The notes: generated from the sequence alone by a model not told the origin. Counted from the stretch's first letter, positions 26,814 to 42,916 are shown. The stretch: 64,000 nt of DNA from Bacillus subtilis subsp. subtilis str. 168 (GCF_000009045.1 NC_000964.3:1-64000), one strand, 5' to 3'. Numbers and translations: made by a program.

Positions 26814-28505
26814 GTGAGTTACCAAGCTTTATATCGAGTATTCAGGCCTCAGCGCTTTGAAGATGTGGTCGGACAAGAACACATTACAAAAACGCTGCAA
26901 AATGCCCTTTTGCAAAAAAAGTTTTCTCACGCCTATCTGTTTTCCGGGCCTAGAGGAACCGGAAAAACCAGTGCAGCCAAAATATTTGCTAAGGCTGTCA
27001 ACTGTGAACATGCTCCTGTTGATGAGCCATGCAACGAATGTGCGGCCTGTAAAGGGATAACAAACGGGTCAATATCCGATGTCATAGAAATTGACGCCGC
27101 TTCTAATAACGGTGTTGATGAGATTCGTGACATTCGCGATAAAGTGAAGTTTGCCCCATCGGCCGTCACATATAAGGTATATATCATAGATGAGGTGCAT
27201 ATGCTTTCTATCGGCGCTTTTAATGCATTACTAAAAACATTAGAAGAGCCGCCTGAGCATTGTATTTTCATATTAGCAACAACTGAACCGCACAAAATTC
27301 CTTTAACCATTATCTCTAGATGTCAGCGTTTTGACTTTAAACGAATTACCTCCCAAGCGATTGTAGGCCGCATGAATAAAATTGTTGATGCTGAACAGCT
27401 GCAAGTGGAGGAAGGATCGCTGGAAATCATCGCGAGTGCTGCAGACGGAGGGATGAGGGATGCCCTGAGCCTTCTTGATCAGGCCATATCATTCAGCGGC
27501 GATATCCTGAAAGTCGAAGATGCGCTTTTAATTACGGGTGCTGTTTCTCAATTATATATCGGGAAGCTTGCAAAATCCCTGCATGATAAAAACGTTTCTG
27601 ACGCACTGGAAACATTAAATGAATTGCTTCAGCAAGGAAAAGATCCAGCTAAGCTGATAGAAGATATGATTTTCTATTTCAGGGACATGCTGCTGTACAA
27701 AACAGCCCCTGGCTTAGAGGGAGTGCTTGAGAAAGTAAAAGTCGATGAAACGTTCCGGGAACTAAGTGAACAAATTCCGGCTCAGGCCCTATATGAAATG
27801 ATTGATATTCTGAACAAGAGCCATCAGGAAATGAAATGGACAAATCATCCGCGTATCTTTTTCGAAGTGGCCGTTGTGAAGATTTGCCAAACCTCACATC
27901 AATCTGCTGCTGATCTCCCGGAAGTGGATATGCTGATGAAAAAAATCCAGCAGCTCGAACAGGAAGTAGAGCGGCTCAAAACAACGGGCATAAAAGCAGC
28001 TGCGGAAAGCCCGAAAAAAGAAGCGCCGCGTGTGCCAAAGGGCGGGAAATCCAATTACAAAGCGCCAGTAGGCAGAATTCATGAGATTTTGAAGGAAGCC
28101 ACAAGACCGGATCTTGATCTGCTCAGAAACAGTTGGGGCAAGCTTCTTGCTCATCTCAAACAGCAAAACAAAGTATCACATGCCGCTTTGCTGAATGACA
28201 GTGAACCTGTGGCTGCCGGATCGGCGGCATTTGTTCTGAAATTCAAATATGAAATTCATTGTAAAATGGTCGCTGAGGATAACAACGGAGTCCGGACTAA
28301 TCTTGAGCAGATTTTAGAATCGATGCTCGGAAAAAGAATGGATTTGATTGGCGTTCCAGAAGCACAATGGGGTAAAATAAGAGAAGAATTTTTAGAAGAT
28401 CATCAGCAGGAAAATGAAGGATCAAATGAACCGGCTGAAGAAGACCCGCTTATTGCCGAAGCGAAAAAGCTTGTTGGAGCGGATTTAATTGAAATAAAAG
28501 ACTAA
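26814..28505 (+). CDS. dnaX: DNA polymerase III tau subunit
   Basis: GTG start with GGAGG; GPRGTGKT, zinc module, IIDEVHML and SRC motif. Confidence 0.99.
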   Translation: MSYQALYRVFRPQRFEDVVGQEHITKTLQNALLQKKFSHAYLFSGPRGTGKTSAAKIFAKAVNCEHAPVDEPCNECAACKGITNGSISDVIEIDAASNNGVDEIRDIRDKVKFAPSAVTYKVYIIDEVHMLSIGAFNALLKTLEEPPEHCIFILATTEPHKIPLTIISRCQRFDFKRITSQAIVGRMNKIVDAEQLQVEEGSLEIIASAADGGMRDALSLLDQAISFSGDILKVEDALLITGAVSQLYIGKLAKSLHDKNVSDALETLNELLQQGKDPAKLIEDMIFYFRDMLLYKTAPGLEGVLEKVKVDETFRELSEQIPAQALYEMIDILNKSHQEMKWTNHPRIFFEVAVVKICQTSHQSAADLPEVDMLMKKIQQLEQEVERLKTTGIKAAAESPKKEAPRVPKGGKSNYKAPVGRIHEILKEATRPDLDLLRNSWGKLLAHLKQQNKVSHAALLNDSEPVAAGSAAFVLKFKYEIHCKMVAEDNNGVRTNLEQILESMLGKRMDLIGVPEAQWGKIREEFLEDHQQENEGSNEPAEEDPLIAEAKKLVGADLIEIKD

Positions 28506-28528
28506 CAAAATGAAAGAGAGTGAATGCT

Positions 28529-28852
28529 ATGCGTGGCGGAATGGGTAATATGCAAAAAATGATGAAACAAATGCAAAAAATGCAAAAGGACATGGCGAAG
28601 GCTCAAGAAGAGCTTGCAGAAAAGGTTGTTGAAGGAACTGCAGGCGGCGGTATGGTAACAGTAAAAGCAAACGGCCAAAAAGAAATCCTGGATGTTATCA
28701 TCAAAGAAGAAGTCGTTGATCCTGAAGATATTGATATGCTTCAAGATTTAGTGCTTGCTGCAACGAATGAAGCTTTGAAAAAAGTTGACGAAATCACAAA
28801 CGAAACAATGGGTCAATTTACAAAGGGAATGAACATGCCAGGTTTATTCTAG
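28529..28852 (+). CDS. yaaK: YbaB/EbfC nucleoid-associated protein
   Basis: [15 protein letters not shown] and [10 protein letters not shown]; conserved dnaX-ybaB-recR order. Confidence 0.95.
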   Translation: MRGGMGNMQKMMKQMQKMQKDMAKAQEELAEKVVEGTAGGGMVTVKANGQKEILDVIIKEEVVDPEDIDMLQDLVLAATNEALKKVDEITNETMGQFTKGMNMPGLF

Positions 28853-28866
28853 GGGGATAAAAGAAC

Positions 28867-29463
28867 ATGCAATATCCTGAACCAATATCAAAGCTGATTG
28901 ACAGCTTTATGAAATTGCCAGGGATCGGACCGAAAACAGCGGTTCGTCTGGCTTTTTTTGTTCTAGGTATGAAAGAAGATGTAGTATTAGATTTTGCGAA
29001 AGCATTAGTAAATGCGAAACGCAACCTGACATATTGTTCAGTTTGCGGGCATATTACAGATCAGGACCCTTGCTATATATGTGAAGATACGCGCAGGGAT
29101 AAGTCTGTTATCTGTGTTGTGCAAGACCCTAAAGACGTTATCGCTATGGAGAAAATGAAGGAATACAACGGACAGTATCACGTTCTTCACGGCGCTATTT
29201 CTCCAATGGACGGCATCGGACCGGAGGATATTAAAATACCAGAATTGTTAAAACGATTACAGGATGATCAAGTGACAGAAGTGATCCTCGCGACAAACCC
29301 TAATATAGAAGGGGAAGCAACAGCGATGTATATATCAAGGCTCCTCAAGCCGTCTGGTATTAAGCTCTCCCGTATTGCCCACGGACTGCCCGTCGGCGGT
29401 GATTTGGAATATGCTGATGAGGTCACTCTTTCTAAAGCACTTGAAGGAAGACGTGAATTGTAA
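28867..29463 (+). CDS. recR: Recombination protein RecR
   Basis: Hh[11 protein letters not shown]4 zinc finger and toprim [11 protein letters not shown]. Confidence 0.99.
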   Translation: MQYPEPISKLIDSFMKLPGIGPKTAVRLAFFVLGMKEDVVLDFAKALVNAKRNLTYCSVCGHITDQDPCYICEDTRRDKSVICVVQDPKDVIAMEKMKEYNGQYHVLHGAISPMDGIGPEDIKIPELLKRLQDDQVTEVILATNPNIEGEATAMYISRLLKPSGIKLSRIAHGLPVGGDLEYADEVTLSKALEGRREL

Positions 29464-29480
29464 GGAGGAAAAAGCGATCC

Positions 29481-29705
29481 ATGGGTTTTCTTCGCAAGAA
29501 AACATTAAGAAGAGAGTTTGATGAAAAACTAACCGAGCAGCTTTTTAAGCAAAAGGAAGAGTGGAACAGGCAAAAAAAGCTGGTTGAAAAAAGCTTAGAA
29601 CCGTCTGCTGAAGTGTTATACGAACTGAAAGTAGCTGAAGCGAAGTATTTTTTTTACTTAAGGGAAGCGAAGCAGCGAAATTTAAAAATCAGCCGGTGGA
29701 AGTAA
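29481..29705 (+). CDS. yaaL: YaaL family protein (unknown function)
   Basis: 74-aa ORF with SD AAGGAGG between recR and bofA. Confidence 0.88.
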   Translation: MGFLRKKTLRREFDEKLTEQLFKQKEEWNRQKKLVEKSLEPSAEVLYELKVAEAKYFFYLREAKQRNLKISRWK

Positions 29706-29709
29706 GTGG

Positions 29710-29737
29710 TCTAAACTCCTGGATCTTCTCATAAGCT
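29710..29737 (+). promoter_or_regulatory. Putative sigmaE promoter of bofA
   Basis: TCTAAA-14-CATAAGCT. Confidence 0.55.
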
Positions 29738-29771
29738 TGTACTAGAACAAGCGAAGGAGATGAGAAGATTC

Positions 29772-30035
29772 ATGGAGCCTATTTTTATTATTGGGATTAT
29801 TTTAGGACTGGTTATTCTTCTTTTTTTATCAGGTTCAGCAGCGAAGCCTTTAAAGTGGATTGGCATCACAGCTGTTAAATTTGTGGCAGGTGCTTTGCTG
29901 CTGGTTTGTGTAAATATGTTTGGCGGCAGTCTTGGCATTCATGTGCCGATTAATCTGGTTACAACAGCTATCAGCGGAATTTTAGGAATACCCGGAATAG
30001 CTGCGTTAGTCGTCATTAAGCAATTTATCATTTAA
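29772..30035 (+). CDS. bofA: Inhibitor of pro-sigmaK processing BofA
   Basis: Small hydrophobic membrane protein with GIHVPIN...LGIPG motif. Confidence 0.95.
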   Translation: MEPIFIIGIILGLVILLFLSGSAAKPLKWIGITAVKFVAGALLLVCVNMFGGSLGIHVPINLVTTAISGILGIPGIAALVVIKQFII

Positions 30036-30048
30036 TTGATATTATGTA

Positions 30049-30161
30049 TTGACTTAGACAACTGAAGGTGTTATTCTAATATACGTCGCTGATGACGAAC
30101 AGCTTTTTTGAAAAGAAAATGCTAAAAAGTTGTTGACAGTAGCGGCGGTAAATGTTATGAT
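30049..30161 (+). promoter_or_regulatory. rrnA tandem promoters P1 and P2
   Basis: P1: TTGACT-17-TATTCT (30049-30077). P2: TTGACA-17-TATGAT (30133-30161). Confidence 0.85.
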
Positions 30162-30278
30162 AATAAAGTCGCTTAAACGAGCGGTAAACAAAGTTCTTTG
30201 AAAACTAAACAAGACAAAACGTACCTGTTAATTCATTTTTATAAATCGCACAGCAATGTGCGTAGTCAGTCAAACTAC

Positions 30279-31839
<1,561 letters not shown>

Positions 31840-31931
31840 TTTACGGAATATAAGACCTTGGGTCTTATAAACAGAACGTTCCCTGTCTTGTTTAGTTTTG
31901 AAGGAACTTTGTTCCTTGAATAAGTTAAGAT

Positions 31932-32008
<77 letters not shown>

Positions 32009-32019
32009 TCTTATATAAC

Positions 32020-32095
32020 GGGGCCTTAGCTCAGCTGGGAGAGCGCCTGCTTTGCACGCAGGAGGTCAGCGGTTCGATCCCGCTAGGCTCCACCA
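32020..32095 (+). tRNA. trnA-Ala: tRNA-Ala (TGC)
   Basis: Identical to 11552-11627. Confidence 0.98.
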
Positions 32096-32176
32096 ACGTG
32101 TTCTTTGAAAACTAGATAACAGTAGACATCACATTCAATTAGTAACACAAGATATCACATAGTGATTCTTTTTAAC

Positions 32177-35103
<2,927 letters not shown>

Positions 35104-35236
35104 CATTTTGAATGATGTCACACCTGTTATCTAGTTTTGAGAGAACACCTCTCTAAAGGCGGAAGGTAAGGAAACTCCGCTAAGGGCTCTCACATCCTGT
35201 GAGAAACGCCCAGTACCTTCATCCTGAAGGCATTTG

Positions 35237-35352
35237 TTTGGTGGCGATAGCGAAGAGGTCACACCCGTTCCCATACCGAACACGGAAGTTAAGCTCTTCA
35301 GCGCCGATGGTAGTCGGGGGTTTCCCCCTGTGAGAGTAGGACGCCGCCAAGC
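35237..35352 (+). rRNA. rrnA-5S: 5S rRNA (rrnA)
   Basis: Matches 14692-14807. Confidence 0.98.
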
Positions 35353-35358
35353 AAGCTT

Positions 35359-35386
35359 AAACCCAGCTTAATGAGCTGGGTTTTTT
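35359..35386 (+). terminator. rrnA terminator
   Basis: AAACCCAGCTT-aat-GAGCTGGG-T6. Confidence 0.88.
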
Positions 35387-35480
35387 GTTTACTCAAGATC
35401 GAGAAAATCAAACAAATACAAACACCGAGGGCTTATATAGCCCATATACTGATTTAAAGTTTCAAAAAGGTCTAAATAGT

Positions 35481-35510
35481 GTATACAATATCCGTTTTAA
35501 GGGGAGGCTA
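35481..35510 (+). promoter_or_regulatory. sigmaF-type promoter of csfB
   Basis: GTATA-15-GGGGAGGCTA fits GyATA-N15-GGnnAnnnT. Confidence 0.7.
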
Positions 35511-35530
35511 ACTGTACGGAGGTGGAGAAG

Positions 35531-35725
35531 ATGGACGAAACAGTTAAACTTAATCATACATGTGTGATTTGTGATCAAGAGAAGAATAGAGGCATTCATC
35601 TTTATACGAAATTCATATGCTTAGATTGTGAGAGAAAAGTAATTTCTACATCAACTTCTGATCCTGACTATGCGTTTTACGTAAAAAAACTAAAGAGCAT
35701 TCATACACCGCCATTATATTCATAG
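35531..35725 (+). CDS. csfB: Anti-sigma factor CsfB/Gin
   Basis: CVIC...CLDC zinc finger; SD GGAGG; 64 aa. Confidence 0.95.
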   Translation: MDETVKLNHTCVICDQEKNRGIHLYTKFICLDCERKVISTSTSDPDYAFYVKKLKSIHTPPLYS

Positions 35726-35745
35726 ACCTGAAAAGGTCTTTTTTT
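35724..35745 (+). terminator. Terminator after csfB
   Basis: AGACCT-gaaa-AGGTCT-T6. Confidence 0.75.
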
Positions 35746-35769
35746 GTACTCTTAATAATAAAAAGAAGA

Positions 35770-35795
35770 TGAAACTTGTTTAAGGATTGAACGTA
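35770..35795 (+). promoter_or_regulatory. ECF (sigmaW-type) promoter of xpaC-yaaN
   Basis: TGAAAC-16-CGTA. Confidence 0.85.
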
Positions 35796-35844
35796 GTAGA
35801 TAATAATATTAAAACTGAGTATAGACACAGGAGTCGATTATCTC

Positions 35845-36459
35845 ATGCAGAGATTTTTTCACTTTTTGGTGTGGAGTTTAACTAGCAGTGCGACTTTTGT
35901 TTTCATTGGAATATTGAGCTTTTTTGGTTTAAACCAGTCGATTTTTTTATCTATTGTTTATGGGCTTGCTTCTGGAGCAGCCGTATATATAGCTGGCATC
36001 TGGAATGCAAGACGGTTATTTCTTAAAAAGCATGAATTGACAGGAAGAGAGTATGCTTACATTAAGAAAAACTTAGAGGAAGCAAGGCAGAAAATGGTCC
36101 GTCTTAGGAAAGCCTTGTTTCAGGCTAAAAGCATTCAAATGTTTAAGCAAAATGCAGAAATGCTAAGGATTGTGAGAAGGATTTATCTCCTCACCAAAAA
36201 AGAGCCAAAGCGGTTTTATCAGGCAGAACGATTTTTTTATCAAACTCTCGATTCGGTTGTTGAATTGACAGAGAAGTATGCTTTTCTATCATCTCACCCA
36301 AAAAAAAGCAAAGAACTGTCGATGTCGTTAAGTGAGACACGCATCACTCTTACTGAATTGACCAAGCGTTTAGAGGAAGATTTAACTCAAGCAATGGGTG
36401 ATGAAATTGACGAGTTGCAGTTTGAATTAGACGCAGCAAAACATTCATTAAAGAAATAA
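35845..36459 (+). CDS. xpaC: XpaC-family membrane protein
   Basis: Two N-terminal TM segments and a coiled-coil domain with AERFFYQTLDS; paired with TelA-like yaaN. Confidence 0.92.
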   Translation: MQRFFHFLVWSLTSSATFVFIGILSFFGLNQSIFLSIVYGLASGAAVYIAGIWNARRLFLKKHELTGREYAYIKKNLEEARQKMVRLRKALFQAKSIQMFKQNAEMLRIVRRIYLLTKKEPKRFYQAERFFYQTLDSVVELTEKYAFLSSHPKKSKELSMSLSETRITLTELTKRLEEDLTQAMGDEIDELQFELDAAKHSLKK

Positions 36460-36477
36460 GGGAAGAGGGTAAGAGCG

Positions 36478-37638
36478 ATGAACCGAGACCAAAGCGACCT
36501 TCATATAGATGAATTATTGGCAGATCCTTTTGGTGGTAACATAGAGATACCAGGTTCGGAGGCTGTAAAAGCAGAGAAAGAGCAAGTACGGCTTGTTGAT
36601 GTTCTTCCTGAGGAAAACAAGGAAAAAGCAATTCAGCTTGCTGGACAGATTGATCATAAAAATATGCAAAGCATTGTCTTATACGGTTCACAAGCTCAAT
36701 CTAAACTGCTGAACTTTTCTCATGATATGATTAATCATGTTCAAAAGAAGGATGTCGGGGAGATTGGCGAAATACTTGGAGAGCTGATGAAAAAGCTGGA
36801 GCAAGTAAATCCTGATGATCTCCAATCTAAGAAAAAGGGTTTTTTGGCACGCATGTTTGGAAGAGTATCAAGTTCTCTTCAAGAGGTGCTGTCTAAATAC
36901 CAAAAGACCAGTGTGCAGATAGACAGAATCAGCTTGAAGCTGGAGCACTCTAAAAATGCTTTAATCAGTGACAACAAGCTGTTAGAGCAGTTATATGAAA
37001 AAAATAAAGAATATTTCGCAGCGCTGAATGTTTATATTGCTGCAGGAGAACTGAAGCTGGAGGAATTAAAAACAAAAACGATTCCTGAACTGAAGCAACA
37101 GGCTGAATCGAGTGATCATAACCAAATGGCCGTTCAAGAGGTGAATGATTTAATTCAATTTGCTGACCGGTTAGATAAAAGGGTGCATGATTTGCTGCTG
37201 AGCAGGCAAATTACAATCCAAAGTGCACCGCAAATCAGGCTGATTCAAAATACAAACCAAGCGTTAGCTGAAAAGATTCAGTCATCCATTGTGACAGCGA
37301 TTCCGTTATGGAAAAATCAAGTTGCCATTGCACTGACGCTTTTAAGGCAGCGCAATGCAGTGGATGCACAGCAGAAAGTATCTGATACAACCAATGAGCT
37401 TTTGCTGAAAAATGCGGAGCTTTTAAAAACCAATACAATTGAAACTGCACGGGCAAATGAAAGAGGCCTTGTTGATATAGATACCTTGAAGAAGGTGCAG
37501 GAAAGCTTAATAAGCACGCTTGAAGAAACACTGACTATACAAGAAGAAGGACGAATCAAACGCCGTCAGGCAGAAGAAGAGCTCATGATGATGGAAGGCG
37601 ACCTGAAGCAAAAGCTGATTACAATAAAGGAAAGATGA
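36478..37638 (+). CDS. yaaN: Toxic anion resistance (TelA/KlaA) family protein
   Basis: [10 protein letters not shown]...IPLWKNQ motif. Confidence 0.93.
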   Translation: MNRDQSDLHIDELLADPFGGNIEIPGSEAVKAEKEQVRLVDVLPEENKEKAIQLAGQIDHKNMQSIVLYGSQAQSKLLNFSHDMINHVQKKDVGEIGEILGELMKKLEQVNPDDLQSKKKGFLARMFGRVSSSLQEVLSKYQKTSVQIDRISLKLEHSKNALISDNKLLEQLYEKNKEYFAALNVYIAAGELKLEELKTKTIPELKQQAESSDHNQMAVQEVNDLIQFADRLDKRVHDLLLSRQITIQSAPQIRLIQNTNQALAEKIQSSIVTAIPLWKNQVAIALTLLRQRNAVDAQQKVSDTTNELLLKNAELLKTNTIETARANERGLVDIDTLKKVQESLISTLEETLTIQEEGRIKRRQAEEELMMMEGDLKQKLITIKER

Positions 37639-37719
37639 TTACCAGTAAGTCTGGCTTTAAGTTCTGTCAGAGGCACGATATAATAAGGTGTAAGAAGACA
37701 CATTCAAAGGATTGTTTTC

Positions 37720-39162
37720 ATGAACACACCTTTATATAAAGCATTAATTCAACATGCGAGAAGAAATTCTCATTCATTTCATGTTCCGGGACATCACAAT
37801 GGAGATGTCTTTTTTGATGACGCTAAGTCAATATTCGATCCGCTTCTCACCATTGATGTAACTGAACTGGCAGGACTGGATGATCTCCATCATCCTTCTG
37901 GGGTGATTAAGGAAGCTCAGGAGCTTGCCAGTCAATTATATGGATCGGCGGAAAGTTTTTTTCTGGTAAATGGTACGACTGTCGGAAACTTAGCGATGAT
38001 TTTATCTGTTTGTGAACCTGGTGATACAATTCTGGTTCAAAGAAACTGTCATAAATCTGTATTTCATGCTGTTGATTTGTCCGGTGCTGAGCCGGTTTAT
38101 CTTGCACCTGACGTTGATTCAGCGATGCATGTGCCTACGCATGTTCCGCTTGGAACAATTAAAGAGGCCCTGGAAGCATATCCAGATGCGAAAGGCTTGG
38201 TACTGACCAATCCGACATATTACGGACATAGTGCTGATTTGACTGAGATCATTACTGAAGCCCATCATTACGGGATTCCTGTTTTGGTCGATGAAGCGCA
38301 TGGCGCACATTTTATTTTAGGTGAGCCTTTTCCGGTCTCAGCTTTAAAAATGGGGGCAGATATTGTTGTTCAGTCGGCCCACAAAACGTTGCCAGCCATG
38401 ACGATGGGTTCTTATTTGCATCTCAACAGCAGCTGCAGGATTAACAGGGATCGGGTGGCAGAGTATTTAAACCGATTACAAAGCAGCAGCCCGTCTTATC
38501 CGATTATGGCTTCGTTAGATATTGCCCGCGCTTATGTACAGCATATTATAGAAGAACAAAAGCTTTCTGACATTCTGCAGCGGATAGAAACACTTAAACA
38601 AACGTTTGATTCACTTACAAATGCAGAAGCTGTTAACCCTGCTAATCCACTGATCATCACGGATCCGCTAAAGCTCACAATTCGTTCAAAACGCGGGCAT
38701 TCTGGCTATACGCTGCAAAGCATTTTAGAGCGTGCCAACATATTCACTGAGCTTGCTGATGAAAATCAAGTTCTGCTCGTTCTCCCATTGGGAGGAAAAC
38801 GGAGAATAAACGCTGAAATCATTAGAAGCATCGATGAAGAGATTGAGAAAACGCCTCCGGATCAGACGTTTGTTTCTGCAGAATGGGGTGTGCAGCCTGT
38901 TACTGTCTTGCCTTATCCAAAAAAGGTCTTACATTCGTTTAAGAAAGAATATGTGAGCTTTGAGGAAGCAGCTGGCCGGCTTAATGCAGAAGATATCATC
39001 CCTTATCCTCCGGGTATCCCGATGATTATGGCGGGAGAAAGAATAACAAAAGAAAGTGTGCAAAAGCTCAGCCGCTTGATCAGCATGAAAACGCATGTTC
39101 AAGGGAATATGAAAATCAAAGAGAAACAACTACTTGTTTATATAGAAGAGGAGAAATCATGA
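37720..39162 (+). CDS. yaaO: PLP-dependent Arg/Lys/Orn decarboxylase-family protein
   Basis: FHVPGH, VNGTT, VDEAHG and QSAHKT PLP-lysine motif. Confidence 0.95.
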
Positions 39163-39797
39163 GCGGTTTATTTATTACATTCGAAGGTCCTGAAGGTGCA
39201 GGGAAAACGACTGTTCTGCAGGAGATCAAAAACATACTGACAGCAGAAGGCCTTCAGGTTATGGCAACTCGAGAGCCAGGCGGAATAGATATTGCAGAAC
39301 AAATTAGAGAGGTTATTCTGAATGAGAACAATATATTAATGGACCCAAAAACAGAAGCTCTCTTATATGCGGCTGCAAGACGCCAGCATTTAGTTGAAAA
39401 AGTAAAACCTGCTTTAGAACAGGGGTTTATCGTTCTTTGCGACAGATTCATAGACAGTTCTCTTGCGTATCAAGGATATGCAAGAGGGCTTGGAATTGAT
39501 GAGGTTCTGTCCATTAATGAATTTGCCATTGGAGATATGATGCCCCATGTAACGGTTTATTTTTCAATTGATCCGGAAGAAGGACTGAAGCGTATTTACG
39601 CAAACGGCTCACGGGAGAAAAACAGGCTCGATTTAGAAAAACTGGACTTTCATACAAAAGTACAAGAAGGTTATCAAGAGCTGATGAAGCGATTTCCGGA
39701 AAGATTTCATTCAGTTGATGCCGGGCAATCCAAAGACCTCGTCGTTCAGGATGTTCTAAAGGTGATCGATGAAGCGTTGAAAAAAATTCAATTGTGA
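39159..39797 (+). CDS. tmk: Thymidylate kinase
   Basis: [16 protein letters not shown] and CDRF; ATGA overlap with yaaO. Confidence 0.99.
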
Positions 39798-39813
39798 CCT
39801 GTTTCCCAATAGT

Positions 39814-39822
39814 TGATATAAT
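39814..39822 (+). promoter_or_regulatory. Putative extended -10 promoter upstream of darA
   Basis: TGa-TATAAT. Confidence 0.5.
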
Positions 39823-39855
39823 AATGTAAACGAGATCACGTTGTTTCCAATCTAA

Positions 39856-40200
<345 letters not shown>

Positions 40201-40212
40201 GGATCTGAAACT

Positions 40213-40653
40213 GTGAAAATTAATAAAGATATACGTACATTTATAGATAATAAGCAGATTCCCTCTGTGAAAACATCTGAGATCACAGCATCGTTTAAAA
40301 CATCAATGGAAAACCAAAGCAGCAAAATGAAGCTTGATCAGCTTACCAGGCTGTTATCTGATATAGAAGCATTTGGAAAAAGGCTAACGAAATCTCGGAA
40401 TTTTAAAGACTTAGCGAGATTTAAAGGACTTGTGAAACGTTTTGTCAAAGAAGCTGTGGACAGCGGTCTTTCACATGAAACATCGAAAAGCTTTGACCTT
40501 TACGGGAACAGCAGAACGCTGGGACTTGTGAAAGAAATAGATGACAAATTGATACAGCTTACGGAAGAGATGATGGATCAGGAAAAACCGGCAATTGATT
40601 TGCTGGAGCGTATTGGCGAAATAAAAGGTTTATTAATTAACCTTTACACATAG
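40213..40653 (+). CDS. yaaR: YaaR (DUF327) protein of unknown function
   Basis: GTG start; C-terminal IGEIKGLLINL typical of the family. Confidence 0.88.
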   Translation: MKINKDIRTFIDNKQIPSVKTSEITASFKTSMENQSSKMKLDQLTRLLSDIEAFGKRLTKSRNFKDLARFKGLVKRFVKEAVDSGLSHETSKSFDLYGNSRTLGLVKEIDDKLIQLTEEMMDQEKPAIDLLERIGEIKGLLINLYT

Positions 40654-40664
40654 AGAGTGATACA

Positions 40665-41654
40665 ATGGCAATATCCTGGAAGGAAATGAACGAGCTTCAG
40701 CCCAGAGTGATGAAGCTTTTATATAATAGTATTGAGAAGGACAGACTATCACACGCTTATTTGTTTGAGGGGAAAAAAGGAACAGGCAAGCTTGATGCCG
40801 CGCTGCTTCTTGCAAAAAGCTTCTTTTGTCTGGAGGGTGGCGCGGAGCCTTGTGAGAGCTGCCGAAACTGTAAACGGATAGAGTCAGGGAACCATCCTGA
40901 TCTCCATCTTGTTCAGCCTGATGGCTTATCAATCAAAAAGGCGCAAATTCAAGCGCTCCAAGAAGAGTTTTCTAAGACAGGACTTGAATCGCATAAAAAG
41001 CTGTATATTATTTCGCACGCAGATCAAATGACAGCAAATGCGGCGAACAGCCTGCTGAAATTTTTAGAAGAACCGAACAAAGACACAATGGCCGTCCTCA
41101 TCACTGAGCAGCCCCAAAGGTTATTGGATACCATCATTTCAAGATGCCAAACCCTTCCTTTTCAGCCTTTGCAGCCGAAAGCAATTGAAGACAGACTGAT
41201 CGAACAGGACGTCTCGCCTCATATGGCAAGGCTTCTGGCCAACATGACTAATAATGTAGCAGAAGCAGTCGAATTAAGTCGAAATGATGAGTTTGCAGAG
41301 TCTAGAGCGAAAGTGATAAAATTGTATGAAGTCCTACACCAGCGGAAAGGACATGCTTTTTTCTTTATTCAAGATCAATGGATGCCCTTTTTCAAAGAAA
41401 AAACCCATCAAGAAATGGGTCTTGATATGCTCTTATTGATATATCGTGATGTGTTGTCCATCCAAATAGGAAATGAAGATAAATTGATTTATCAAGACTT
41501 ATTCCAATCAATAAAACAGCATGCGCTACAATCAACACAACAAAGCGTTACGAATCAGATACTTGCTGTTTTAGAAGCAAAGAAACGGCTTCATTCCAAT
41601 GTGAATGTACAAGGATTAATGGAGCACTTGGTGTTAATGTTGCAGGAGGGATAA
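40665..41654 (+). CDS. holB: DNA polymerase III delta' subunit
   Basis: HAYLFEG, zinc module, GNHPD, AANSLLKFLEEP and SRC. Confidence 0.97.
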   Translation: MAISWKEMNELQPRVMKLLYNSIEKDRLSHAYLFEGKKGTGKLDAALLLAKSFFCLEGGAEPCESCRNCKRIESGNHPDLHLVQPDGLSIKKAQIQALQEEFSKTGLESHKKLYIISHADQMTANAANSLLKFLEEPNKDTMAVLITEQPQRLLDTIISRCQTLPFQPLQPKAIEDRLIEQDVSPHMARLLANMTNNVAEAVELSRNDEFAESRAKVIKLYEVLHQRKGHAFFFIQDQWMPFFKEKTHQEMGLDMLLLIYRDVLSIQIGNEDKLIYQDLFQSIKQHALQSTQQSVTNQILAVLEAKKRLHSNVNVQGLMEHLVLMLQEG

Positions 41655-41656
41655 GC

Positions 41657-42484
41657 TTGTACAATGTAATTGGTGTCCGCTTTAAGAAAGCGGGTAAAAT
41701 ATATTATTTTGATCCGAATGGATTTCATATAGAACATGACAGCTGCGTAATTGTAGAAACTGTCAGAGGCGTTGAGTACGGCCAGGTCGTAATTGCAAAT
41801 AAACAGGTGGATGAGCATGATGTGGTGCTTCCCCTTCGAAAAGTGATACGTGTGGCAGACGATCGCGATCTTCTCATTGTAGAAGAAAATAAACAGGAAG
41901 CACTATCAGCATTTGATATCTGCCAAAAGAAAGTGATTGAGCATGGCTTGGATATGAAGCTGGTCGATGTTGAATTCACGTTTGATCGCAATAAAGTCAT
42001 TTTTTACTTCACTGCTGACGGCCGAGTCGACTTTAGAGAGCTTGTAAAGGATTTGGCTTCTATCTTTAAGACAAGAATTGAGCTGCGCCAAATCGGAGTG
42101 AGGGATGAGGCAAAAATGCTCGGAGGAATCGGTCCTTGCGGAAGAATGCTTTGCTGTTCAACGTTTCTTGGAGATTTTGAACCCGTTTCCATTAAAATGG
42201 CCAAGGATCAGAACTTGTCTTTAAATCCTACGAAGATTTCGGGTCTTTGCGGACGATTGATGTGCTGTCTAAAATATGAGAACGATGAGTATGAGACGGC
42301 AAAAGAACAGCTTCCGGATATAGGAGAAATGATTACGACAGCAAACGGTCCCGCGAAGGTCGTCGGACTAAATATTCTGGAACGGGTGCTTCAGGTGGAA
42401 CTGATAAACCGTGAAAAAGTGATAGAATATACTTGGGAAGAGCTCTTGGAAGAGGGCGTCGTATCCGCACAAACCACAGATTAA
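41657..42484 (+). CDS. ricT: RicT (YaaT, PSP1 domain, Fe-S) subunit of RicAFT
   Basis: TTG start with GGAGG; [18 protein letters not shown] and [10 protein letters not shown]. Confidence 0.95.
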   Translation: MYNVIGVRFKKAGKIYYFDPNGFHIEHDSCVIVETVRGVEYGQVVIANKQVDEHDVVLPLRKVIRVADDRDLLIVEENKQEALSAFDICQKKVIEHGLDMKLVDVEFTFDRNKVIFYFTADGRVDFRELVKDLASIFKTRIELRQIGVRDEAKMLGGIGPCGRMLCCSTFLGDFEPVSIKMAKDQNLSLNPTKISGLCGRLMCCLKYENDEYETAKEQLPDIGEMITTANGPAKVVGLNILERVLQVELINREKVIEYTWEELLEEGVVSAQTTD

Positions 42485-42498
42485 CGAGGTGTGGAACC

Positions 42499-42858
42499 TT
42501 GGATAAAAAAGAGTTATTTGATACAGTCATTAACTTAGAAGAACAAATTGGCTCACTGTACCGGCAGCTGGGGGATTTGAAGCAGCATATCGGTGAGATG
42601 ATTGAGGAAAATCATCATTTACAGCTTGAAAACAAGCATTTGCGCAAACGGCTGGACGATACGACGCAGCAGATTGAAAAGTTCAAAGCTGATAAAAAAG
42701 AATCAAAAACACAGAAGACAGAGCAAACTGATATAGGGGAAGGATATGATAATCTGGCACGTCTGTATCAAGAAGGATTTCATATCTGCAATGTCCACTA
42801 TGGAAGTGTTCGAAAAGAGGATTGTCTTTTCTGTCTGTCATTCTTAAATAAAAAATAG
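42499..42858 (+). CDS. yabA: Replication initiation control protein YabA
   Basis: TTG 42499 after GAGGTG; coiled coil and C-terminal EGFHIC..H...C..C zinc motif. Confidence 0.96.
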   Translation: MDKKELFDTVINLEEQIGSLYRQLGDLKQHIGEMIEENHHLQLENKHLRKRLDDTTQQIEKFKADKKESKTQKTEQTDIGEGYDNLARLYQEGFHICNVHYGSVRKEDCLFCLSFLNKK

Positions 42859-42860
42859 GG

Positions 42861-42892
42861 AAAAGGCTTCCGCATAAGACGGGAGCCTTTTT
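42861..42892 (+). terminator. Terminator/attenuator hairpin after yabA
   Basis: AAAAGGCTTCCG-cataaga-CGGGAGCCTTTT-T. Confidence 0.75.
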
Positions 42893-42916
42893 CAAAGGTA
42901 CTGAAAGGATAAGAAG

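Noticed and set aside
27936-28022. A-runs in dnaX (A7 at 27939-27945, A6G at 28014-28020) as an E. coli-like gamma frameshift
   Set aside because: The A AAA AAG heptamer is not in the X XXY YYZ register (the frame is CCG AAA AAA GAA), and A7 is short for transcriptional slippage.
35385-35567. 60-aa ORF between rrnA and csfB
   Set aside because: It starts in the rrnA terminator tail without an SD and crosses the csfB promoter and start.
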